Source: a virus (lineage: Duplodnaviria; Caudoviricetes). From it: a stretch of DNA of 29,459 nt. Below the pieces are notes generated by a model, which searched no databases, had not been told where the DNA came from, and saw only the letters and a program-made list of their open reading frames with translations. The stretch lies in the IMG/VR virus record IMGVR_UViG_3300036900_000036, positions 1-29,459 of that record; one strand, 5' to 3'. The translations under genes and the position numbers were made by a program. Positions 16,578 to 24,922 of the stretch are shown in pieces (positions within the stretch are counted from its first letter, which is position 1; every line of letters starts with the position of its first letter).

Positions 16578-19500
16578 CCTGCTGCGGGACTTCGATCGGG
16601 AGGCCGAGGCGGTCAATGAGCAATTCGCGCAGGCCGCGCGCGCCAGTGCGCTATCGGGCCAGAAGCGCAGCCCGGAGGCGGCCGCCCGCGCCAATCAACT
16701 GGCCGACAAGCAGGGCATGCCGTTCGGCGTGGTGGCCGACAACTTGGACGAGTACGAACAGCGCGACCGGCTGGACGAACTGTCCGAGGTGGGCCGGCGC
16801 AATCCGGCCCTCGGCGAGTTCCTGACCGACGACCGGCGCGCGGCGCTGGCGGCCGACGACATCGGCAACCTGGACAAGCTGTCGCAGGCGATCCGCGGAA
16901 CGCTGCGCGCGGGGCAGGATTACGGCATTGGCAGCGCGTGGCGCACCTGGTCCGACCATGTATTCGACTGGGACAACATCGGCAGCGGCAAGACCGGCAT
17001 GCGCGCCGCGCCGCAGGTCAGCTACATCGAGGAGGTCACGCGACACGCCATCTCCGGCTGGCACCGCGGCCAGGCGAACACGGGCCTGCTGCTGGGCCAG
17101 CTGGGCGTTGGCGACGACACGGCCACGGCGGTCAGCTTCGCCGATTCCGAGCGCCGGGCGCAGGCGGCCGAGCGATCGACCGAGGCGACCGATCAGCAGT
17201 TCGCGAACCTGCAGAAGGCCAACGAAACGGATTCCATCTGGGAGGCGCTGGGCTTGGTGGCGCGCAGTCCGCGGGCCGTCGGCGCGGTGACGGCGCAGTC
17301 GCTGGGCCTGGGTGCGCCTGGGCTGGCGGCGACGGCGGCCACGGGTGGCATGGGCCGGCTGGCCACGATGGGCGTTGCCGGCGCGTCCTCGGGCACGGTG
17401 GAGGCCGGGGCGACGATCTCGGAGGTGCTGCAGGACACCGGCATCGACATGACCAACCCGGCGTCCGTGGCCAATGCGCTGCGGAATCCGGCCCTCATGG
17501 CGAAGGCGCGCGACCGGGCGGCAAAGCGCGGCATCACGATCGGCCTGTTCGACGCGGTGACGGCCGGCATCGCCGGGCATTTCCTTCGGGGTATGTCGAG
17601 CGGTCGGGCCGCGGCGGGGGCCGGCGTCGCGAGGAGGACAGCCGAGGCGCTGGCGCGGGCGGCTGCCGAAGGGGCGACGCAAATTGCGGGCGGGTCCGCT
17701 GGCGAACTGGCCGCGCAGTTGGCGACCGGCGACGACCTGCAGCTGGGCGACATCATCGTGGAGGGCATCGCGGAACTGCCGTTCGCGGCGGTCGAGACGC
17801 GGGCGAACTACGTCAGCGCGCGCGAGCGCGGGCAGGTGCGATGGCTCAACGAACAGATGGGCATCGTCAGCAGGTCCGCGGAGGGCACGGCATCGCTGCA
17901 GGCGGCCACCGAGGCCGCGGCCGCCAGCAAGCTGGGAGAGCGCAGCGCGGCGGACCTGCAGGCGCTGGTGCAGGCCAGCGGCGGGGATGGCAACGTCTAC
18001 ATCAACGCGGACCAGGCCCGGGTTCTGTTCCAGTCCGAGCCGGCGCTGCTGGCGGAACTGGCCGGCGGCGACGAGGCGCTGGCCGAGCAGGTGGCGTCCG
18101 GCGACGTGGTGATCCCGATGGACCGCTACCTGGCGCACGCCTCGCGGCTGCCGCCGGAGATCACGCGGCACGCGCGCATGGAGCCGGACGCGCTGTCGGC
18201 GGTGGAACTGGAAGGCCTGGACGTGGAGGCGCTGGCGGCCGAGTTCGGCGGCGACACCAGCGATGCGGCCGATCGCGCGGCGCCGGGCCAGGTCGATGCC
18301 CGCCAGGCGGTGCAGGATGACGTCTATGGCCAGCTGATCGCCAGCGAGCGGTACACGCCCGCGGCAGCCGAGGCGCAGGCCAAGCTGTGGGCGGCGGCGT
18401 TCTCGCGCTTCGGGTCGATGTCCGGACAGGATCCGCTGGCGCTGTACCAGAAGTACATGGGCGGCATCCAGTGGGGCAGCCAGGCCTCGCCGCTGGTCAC
18501 GCGCCGGTTTGCGGGGGATGCTCGGATGGACGCACTGCTCGAGTCGGTGCGCGCGTCGGACTACAACCCCGACCAGCGGCAGATGTTCGGCGAATCGCTG
18601 ACCGCGTGGCTGCGCCGCAATGGCGGCGTGATCGACGAGGGCGGCGAACTGCGCGGCATGGACGCGAACCGCCAGCGCATCGGTCTGGTGAACAGCGCCG
18701 GCATGCCGCTGGACCGTGCGCGCGAACTGGCGGCCGAGGCCGGCTATCTGCCGGCGGACACCGGCGTGAATGAACTGCTGGAAGCGATCGACCGCGACCT
18801 GCGCGAGGGCAACGTGTTCTCGGAGCAGCAGGGCGACCGTGACCGGCAGTCCTTCGAGGCCGAGCGCCAGCAGATGCTGGACGCCATCGCCGACAACCCG
18901 ACGCTTTCGGCGCTGTCGCCCGACGAGTTCCGGGCGCTGACCAATCAGCAGATCCTCGATGCGCTGTTTCCGGACACGATGGATCAGCCGGCATACCACG
19001 GCACACCGCACAACGTCGATCGCTTCTCACTGCAGAAGATAGGCACCGGTGAGGGGGCACAGGCATATGGCTGGGGGCTGTACTTCGCCAGCAAAAAGGA
19101 AGTTGCGCAGGCGTATCGTGAGAAGCTTTCGGGTTCGAGCCGAAACAGATTCCTGCTTGGGGATGCCGAGTTTTCGACGATTGGCGGCAGTCCTGAGTTC
19201 TCCGCGTTCGCAGCTGCGGCACGTGGTGCCGGGTTCAGCCATGAATCTGCGGTCCTTGCTTACAACACCCTGAAAGAAAACGGCGGCGACCTGGAGGCCG
19301 CGTCCGCTTCTCTTGGCTGGTCCGAAGCGCCCGCTGAATGGGACAACGAAGCCGCCAGCCTGTTGCGGGCGGTCGACTATAAGCCGGAGGGCGGGAACCT
19401 ATACCAGGTCGAAGTCCCCGAAGATTCCGACATGCTGAACTGGGATTCGCGGATCAGCGAGCAGCCGCCCAAGGTGCGCGCTGCCATCGACGCGATCCTC

Positions 19501-22500
19501 GCCAGCGATGCGATCGACCCCGAAACTCGCGCCGAGTGGAACGCGAAGGCAGAGTCTGCGCGCACAGGAAAAGCCTTCTATACGCTGCTGGGCCAGTCCT
19601 TCAACGTCAACGGCGAGCAGGGCGCCAGCGAGATGTTGCTGCAACATGGCGTGCCAGGCCTGCGTTATCTGGATCAAGGCAGCCGAGGCGTTGGCGACGG
19701 ATCGCACAATTACGTCGTCTGGGACGAGGCCGCGATCAGCGAGCCGACGACGCTGTTTCAGTCCGCCCTAGACCAGACCGAAAGCGCCGGCTTCCGCGCA
19801 TGGTTCGGCGACAGCAAGGTGGTCGATGAAAATGGTGCGCCATTGCGCATGTACCACGGGACGAGTCGTTCCGGGTTCGACGTGTTCGACACCTATGCGT
19901 CGAACTACGGCCTCATGGGGCAGGGCGGCTATTTCACCGACAACCGAGACATCGCGAGCAGCTACACGAAGAAGGGGCGCGGCGGCACGCCGGGCGTGTA
20001 CCAGGTCTTTCTTTCGATCCAAAATCCTATTGACATGGAGGCGGATGCAGACGTTTCGTCATGGGCGGCGCAGTTCGAGGGGATCGAGAACTACCACGAA
20101 GGCGGCACAAGCAATGAAAGCTGGTATCGGGCGGCAGAAGAAATGCTGACCGATCAGGAGCTGCCGGCGTGGGAAGGCGCTGAAATCATGCAGGACGGTC
20201 TGCGTGCGATGGGCTACGACGGCATCACGCACGTCGGCGGCGGTCGCGTAGATGCCGATGGCGTGCGGCACCGCGTATTCATCGTGTTCGAGCCGGATCA
20301 GGTGAAATCCGCCACGGGCAACGGCGGCGCCTTCGACCCGTCCAATCCGTCGATCCTGTATCAGGACGCGCTGCCCGACACCGCCACGACCGAGCAGTTG
20401 CGCGAGCGCATCGCGGAACTGGAAAAGGAACTGCGCACCGACGGGCTGACCGGCCTGCGCAACTGGCGCGCGTTCACCGAGGACGAAACGCTGGGCTGGT
20501 CGGAGGTAGCGTCCTTCGACCTGGACGGCTTGAAGCGGGTCAACGACACGTTTGGCCACGACGCGGGCGACGAGATGCTGCGCCAAGCGGCCGGCGTATT
20601 CTTGGCCGGTGAGCGGGACGGCGTGCGTTTCTATCGCAAGGGGGGTGACGAGTTCGCCATGCGCGCGCGTGATCCCGAGGTCGCGGCGGCGTTGGCGCAG
20701 GAGATCGTGGGCCGGCTCGAGTCGGTCGACGTGGAGTTCGTCTATCAGGGCGAACGGATCGAGTACCGCGGCATTGGAGCAGGCTATGGAATCGCGCAAT
20801 CCTTCGAAGAAGCAGACCAGCGGCTCAATGCCGACAAGCAGCGACGCGAGGCCGCCGGACTCCGAGAGGCGCGCGCGGCAGATGGGGCGCCTCGACGCGC
20901 ACGCCGAGTTTCCGACCGTGCCGAAGGGCGCGAAAGTGACCGTCGTGGTGCGCAACCGGTCGCCGATGCGCCGTCGCAAGACGGACGCCGAGGGTTCGTA
21001 GCCCGCGCGCGGCAGGCGATTCTCGGGCTGTTCCAGCAGCCGGACGCGCCGCGTGGCCAGATCCGGATATTCCCGGATCGTCGGATGGAGATCAGCCTGT
21101 TCGAGCGGGCTGACCGGTCGACGTTCCTGCACGAGTCGGGCCACTTCTTCCTCGAGGTGTTTCGCGACATCGCGCAGGCCGAGGGCGCGACCGACCAGGC
21201 GCGTGCCGACTTCGCTGCACTGCTGTCGTGGATGGGCGTGGAGTCCGGCGACCAGATCGGCCGGGAGCAGCATGAGCAGTTCGCGCGCGGCTTCGAGAAG
21301 TACCTGGGCACCGGGCAGGCGCCGTCGCCGGAACTGCGCGGCGTGTTCGGCCAGTTCAAGGCCTGGATTCTGGCGGTGTACCGCGATCTGCGCGCGCTCA
21401 ACGTGGAACTGACCGACGACGTGCGCGGCGTGTTCGACCGCATGCTGGCCAGCGAGGAGGAGATCGAGGCGGCGCAGGTCCGGCAGGGGATGGAGCCGCT
21501 GTTCACCGCGCCGGCCGAGACGTCGGCGCTGGGGCTGACCGAGGCGCAGCTGGAAACCTATCGGGCGATGCTGACCGAGGCGACCGACGAGGCCACGGCC
21601 GACGCCTTCCGCAAGCTGCTGCAGGCCCATGAGCGCGAGCGCGCCCGCTGGTACAAGGAGGAAAAGGCCAAGGTCAGCGCGGAGGTGACGGCCGAGTACG
21701 AGGCCACGCCCGCGGTGCGCGCGCTGCGCATCCTGTCGGGGCGCAAGACGGTCGACGGCGTGGAGGTGCCGGATGGCCTGCGCGGCTTGAAGCTGGACAA
21801 GGCCGCGCTGGTGGCGCTGTACGGTGAGCCGTACCTGAAAAGGATCGGTCGGACGTATGCGGTCAGCGGCGGCCTGCATCCGAATGAGGCGGCCCGTGTC
21901 CTGGGGTTCGAGTCCGGCGAGGCGCTGGTGCTGGCGCTGGCGCAGGTGCCCGACACCTTGGCGCGCGTCGATGCCGAGGTGGAGACGCGCATGCGCGACC
22001 GCTACGGCGACCCGATGACGGACGGCACGCTGGCCGAGGTGGCGATGGATGCTGTCCACAACAGCCATCGGGTCCGGCTGCTGGAATGGGAGATGCAGAC
22101 CCTGCAGGCGCTGGCGGCCGATCCCGAGGCGCAGCCCGGCCCGGCACCGCGGCGCGAGCAGGCGCCGAGGGAGCGCGCGGCGCCCACGCCCGAGGCAGTG
22201 GCGGCCAGGCGCGCGGCTGGCGCACGGCGCAGCTTGGAGATGCGGCAGATCGGGGAGGCGGCCAGGCGGCGCATGGCGGGCCGGACAGCGCGCCAGATCC
22301 GCCCCGGCGACTATCTCGCGGCAGAGCGGCGGGCGGCCAGGGAGGCGGCGCAGGCGGCCGCACGCGGCGATTTCGCGGCGGCGCTGCTGGCCAAGCGGCA
22401 GCAGGCGTTCAATGCGGCCATGTACCGGGCGGCACGGGATGCGCAGGACCGGTTCGAGAAGCACGCGCGGTATCTGCGCCGGTTCACTCATGGCAACGCG

Positions 22501-24888
22501 CGGGCGGCCGTGGGCAAGGCTGGGCACGACTACCTCGAGCAGGTCGACGCGCTGCTGGAAGGCCTCGAGGTCAAGCCGGTCAGCGGGCGCCAGGTGGAGC
22601 GCCGGCAGAGGCTGGCCGACTGGGTGGCCCGGCAGGAGGCCGAGGGCAACCCCATCAACGTGCCGGCGGCGCTGCTGGCCGACACCGGCCTGATCAACAT
22701 CCGCGACATGACGGTGGCGGACCTGCAGGGCGTGGTGGACACCATCCGGCAGATCGAGCATCTGGCCCGGACGAAGAACAAGCTGCGGCTGGCGGGCCAG
22801 GAGCGCGATCGAGAGGAGATCGACGCGGAGATGGCCGCGAGCGTGGCCGAGTCCTTCGAGGCGCAGCCAGAGCGCACGGGCGACAAGACATGGCGCGAGA
22901 CGGCGAAGCAGCGGCTGGGCAATCTGGACGTGCAGCGGCTGCTGCCGACCAACATCACGCGCGAACTGGACGGCTACCGCGAGGGCGGCGCCGTGTGGGC
23001 CAACATCATCCAGCCAATCCGTGATGCGATCTTCGGGAAGGTGATCCCCGAGACGAACAAGATGCAGGAGGCGGTCGCCTCGCTGTACGCCAAGCACTAC
23101 ACCGCGGCCGAGATCGGCAACCTGGACGCGATGGTGTTCCGGCCGGAGATCGGCGATTCCTGGTCCAAGGGCCGGATCCTGTCGCTGGGCATGAACTGGG
23201 GCAGCGACGGCAACGCCGAGGCGTTTTTGACGCAGGCGCATTCCCGGCTGACCGAGGAGCGGGCGGCCGCGCTGCTGGGCACGCTGGACTCGCGCGACTG
23301 GGCTTTCGTGCAGGACATGGTGGATCTTGTCAATTCCTATTGGCCGGAGATCGCCGAGACGCAACGCCGCCGCACCGGGCTGGTGCCGCCGAGGGTCGAT
23401 GCCCGGCCCTTCACGATCTACGCCGCGGACGGGGTGCATGTGCAGGTGCGCGGCGGTTACTTCCCGCTGAAATACGATGCGGACCGCAGCGGCTACGGCG
23501 CGACCCAGCAGGAGATCGATGATATTTACAACGACCTGCGCGTGGGCCGGAGCGCGCGCGCGGCGACCAAGAACGGGCACACGATCGAGCGCGTCGGCAG
23601 CGGCGGCAAGACGGTGGCGCTGGGTCTGGACATCGCGTCGGCGCATATGCGGGACGTGATCCGCGACATCCACCTGGGCGATGCGGTGGCCTACGTTCAC
23701 ACGGTCCTGAAAGGCCATGCGTTCACCGAGGCGGTCATTGCCGCGGGCAAGCGCGAGCATCTGAATGCGCTGCAGCTGTGGCTGAAAGACGTCGCCGCCG
23801 GTGAGATGGGGCCGCGCAGCTTCATGGAATCGTCGGTTCGCTTCATCCGCCAGAACACCACGGCGGCGGTGCTGGCGTGGAAGGCGTCCTCGTCGCTGCT
23901 GCAGGTCACCGGCCTGATCCAGACCGCCAGCATCATCGGCAATCGCGCGATGCTGCGCGGCGTGGCCAGGCTCATGTCCAAGTCGTGGATCGGGCCTAAC
24001 AGCATCTGGAACGACATGCGCCGCAACTCGGCGTATATGGACCAGCGGTTCGGGAAGATTCCGGATGCGGTGCAGGTGGTGGCCAACGCGCGCGACGGCA
24101 AGTTGAAAGCCGGGCACGCGGCCATGATCCGCTGGGGCTATATCCCGATGGCGCGCATGCAGATGATCGCGGACGGCGCGACCTGGCTGGCGGGCGAACT
24201 GGAAGGCCTGCGGCGTTTCGATGGAGACGTGGCCAAGGCTCGGGCCTACGCGGACGACCTGGTGATCCGGGCGCAGTCGGCGGACAATTTCATCGACAAG
24301 CCTGCAGTGCAGCGCGGCACGCTGGATGACAAGCATCGCCAATCGGAACTGGTGAAGTCGACGACCATGCTGCTGTCGTACATGATCGCCAAGGGCAACG
24401 TGGCGCGCGAGAAGTACCAGGCCACGAAGCTGACCAGCCCGCTGCAGGTGGCGAAGTTTACCGCCGACATGGTGCAGCTGTTCGCGCTGGAAACGATCAT
24501 CATGGCGCTGCTGACCAACGGTCTGCCGGACGACGAGGACGACGACGGCGCGCTGGACGACTGGCTGGCCTACATCGGCAAGGAGGTGGCGTTCGGCTCC
24601 CTGGCGACCGTGCCCGTGCTGTCGCAGCTTGGGACCGAGGGCCGCGGCTACACCGCGCAGGGCGTGCTGGAACGCACCTACGGCACGCTGGACAATGCGA
24701 CCGGGGCCTGGCTGGATGGGGAACTGAATTGGCGCGACGGCAAAACGGCGATCAGCCTGGCCGGCGTCGCGACCGGCATCCCGTCTTCGCAGATCAACCT
24801 GACCGCCGACGCGCTGTGGCGCGTGCGCGACGGCGAGGACGTGGCGCCCATCGAGTTCCTGATCCGCGCCGAGAAGCCGCGCGAATGA
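16570..24888 (+). CDS. Giant internal virion / polyvalent ejection protein, 2772 aa (ART-like x2, GGDEF, HExxH peptidase)
   Basis: Occupies the T7 gp16 position. Helical N-terminus, Gly/Ala hydrophobic region, enzymatic modules at aa ~800-1630 and a helical C-terminal part with GGYFPLKYD. Confidence 0.88.
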   Translation: MNDLLRDFDREAEAVNEQFAQAARASALSGQKRSPEAAARANQLADKQGMPFGVVADNLDEYEQRDRLDELSEVGRRNPALGEFLTDDRRAALAADDIGNLDKLSQAIRGTLRAGQDYGIGSAWRTWSDHVFDWDNIGSGKTGMRAAPQVSYIEEVTRHAISGWHRGQANTGLLLGQLGVGDDTATAVSFADSERRAQAAERSTEATDQQFANLQKANETDSIWEALGLVARSPRAVGAVTAQSLGLGAPGLAATAATGGMGRLATMGVAGASSGTVEAGATISEVLQDTGIDMTNPASVANALRNPALMAKARDRAAKRGITIGLFDAVTAGIAGHFLRGMSSGRAAAGAGVARRTAEALARAAAEGATQIAGGSAGELAAQLATGDDLQLGDIIVEGIAELPFAAVETRANYVSARERGQVRWLNEQMGIVSRSAEGTASLQAATEAAAASKLGERSAADLQALVQASGGDGNVYINADQARVLFQSEPALLAELAGGDEALAEQVASGDVVIPMDRYLAHASRLPPEITRHARMEPDALSAVELEGLDVEALAAEFGGDTSDAADRAAPGQVDARQAVQDDVYGQLIASERYTPAAAEAQAKLWAAAFSRFGSMSGQDPLALYQKYMGGIQWGSQASPLVTRRFAGDARMDALLESVRASDYNPDQRQMFGESLTAWLRRNGGVIDEGGELRGMDANRQRIGLVNSAGMPLDRARELAAEAGYLPADTGVNELLEAIDRDLREGNVFSEQQGDRDRQSFEAERQQMLDAIADNPTLSALSPDEFRALTNQQILDALFPDTMDQPAYHGTPHNVDRFSLQKIGTGEGAQAYGWGLYFASKKEVAQAYREKLSGSSRNRFLLGDAEFSTIGGSPEFSAFAAAARGAGFSHESAVLAYNTLKENGGDLEAASASLGWSEAPAEWDNEAASLLRAVDYKPEGGNLYQVEVPEDSDMLNWDSRISEQPPKVRAAIDAILASDAIDPETRAEWNAKAESARTGKAFYTLLGQSFNVNGEQGASEMLLQHGVPGLRYLDQGSRGVGDGSHNYVVWDEAAISEPTTLFQSALDQTESAGFRAWFGDSKVVDENGAPLRMYHGTSRSGFDVFDTYASNYGLMGQGGYFTDNRDIASSYTKKGRGGTPGVYQVFLSIQNPIDMEADADVSSWAAQFEGIENYHEGGTSNESWYRAAEEMLTDQELPAWEGAEIMQDGLRAMGYDGITHVGGGRVDADGVRHRVFIVFEPDQVKSATGNGGAFDPSNPSILYQDALPDTATTEQLRERIAELEKELRTDGLTGLRNWRAFTEDETLGWSEVASFDLDGLKRVNDTFGHDAGDEMLRQAAGVFLAGERDGVRFYRKGGDEFAMRARDPEVAAALAQEIVGRLESVDVEFVYQGERIEYRGIGAGYGIAQSFEEADQRLNADKQRREAAGLREARAADGAPRRARRVSDRAEGRESDRRGAQPVADAPSQDGRRGFVARARQAILGLFQQPDAPRGQIRIFPDRRMEISLFERADRSTFLHESGHFFLEVFRDIAQAEGATDQARADFAALLSWMGVESGDQIGREQHEQFARGFEKYLGTGQAPSPELRGVFGQFKAWILAVYRDLRALNVELTDDVRGVFDRMLASEEEIEAAQVRQGMEPLFTAPAETSALGLTEAQLETYRAMLTEATDEATADAFRKLLQAHERERARWYKEEKAKVSAEVTAEYEATPAVRALRILSGRKTVDGVEVPDGLRGLKLDKAALVALYGEPYLKRIGRTYAVSGGLHPNEAARVLGFESGEALVLALAQVPDTLARVDAEVETRMRDRYGDPMTDGTLAEVAMDAVHNSHRVRLLEWEMQTLQALAADPEAQPGPAPRREQAPRERAAPTPEAVAARRAAGARRSLEMRQIGEAARRRMAGRTARQIRPGDYLAAERRAAREAAQAAARGDFAAALLAKRQQAFNAAMYRAARDAQDRFEKHARYLRRFTHGNARAAVGKAGHDYLEQVDALLEGLEVKPVSGRQVERRQRLADWVARQEAEGNPINVPAALLADTGLINIRDMTVADLQGVVDTIRQIEHLARTKNKLRLAGQERDREEIDAEMAASVAESFEAQPERTGDKTWRETAKQRLGNLDVQRLLPTNITRELDGYREGGAVWANIIQPIRDAIFGKVIPETNKMQEAVASLYAKHYTAAEIGNLDAMVFRPEIGDSWSKGRILSLGMNWGSDGNAEAFLTQAHSRLTEERAAALLGTLDSRDWAFVQDMVDLVNSYWPEIAETQRRRTGLVPPRVDARPFTIYAADGVHVQVRGGYFPLKYDADRSGYGATQQEIDDIYNDLRVGRSARAATKNGHTIERVGSGGKTVALGLDIASAHMRDVIRDIHLGDAVAYVHTVLKGHAFTEAVIAAGKREHLNALQLWLKDVAAGEMGPRSFMESSVRFIRQNTTAAVLAWKASSSLLQVTGLIQTASIIGNRAMLRGVARLMSKSWIGPNSIWNDMRRNSAYMDQRFGKIPDAVQVVANARDGKLKAGHAAMIRWGYIPMARMQMIADGATWLAGELEGLRRFDGDVAKARAYADDLVIRAQSADNFIDKPAVQRGTLDDKHRQSELVKSTTMLLSYMIAKGNVAREKYQATKLTSPLQVAKFTADMVQLFALETIIMALLTNGLPDDEDDDGALDDWLAYIGKEVAFGSLATVPVLSQLGTEGRGYTAQGVLERTYGTLDNATGAWLDGELNWRDGKTAISLAGVATGIPSSQINLTADALWRVRDGEDVAPIEFLIRAEKPRE
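18988..19740 (+). other. ADP-ribosyltransferase-like domain 1 within the polyvalent protein
   Basis: AYHGTPH..DRFSLQKIGTGEGAQAYGWGLYFA...A..Y, NLYQVEV, GVPGLRY, NYVVWD. Confidence 0.6.
19780..20350 (+). other. ART-PolyVal-like domain 2 within the polyvalent protein
   Basis: FRAWFGDSKVVDENGAPLRMYHGT...FDVFD...GQGGYFT....A.SY...VFLSIQNP...GYDGI...IVFEPDQVKSATGNGGAFD. Confidence 0.72.
20386..20850 (+). other. GGDEF diguanylate cyclase domain within the polyvalent protein
   Basis: TDGLTGLRNWRAF, FDLDGLKRVNDTFGHDAGDEML, YRKGGDEF (GGDEF at 20641-20655), GYGIA, ADQRLNADK. Confidence 0.92.
21049..21470 (+). other. Zincin-like metallopeptidase (MPTase-type) domain within the polyvalent protein
   Basis: RGQI...ISLFERADRSTFLHESGHFFL (HExxH at 21130-21144) followed by HEQFARGFEKYL..G.AP. 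Confidence 0.72.
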
Positions 24889-24922
24889 CCTATCATCTAG
24901 CGAGTCGACCGAGGACAGATCC

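Noticed and set aside
20386-20850. GGDEF as a Hypr-type cGAMP synthase or as host contamination
   Set aside because: The specificity Asp (GHDAGD) is retained, and the domain is in frame within an uninterrupted phage ORF.
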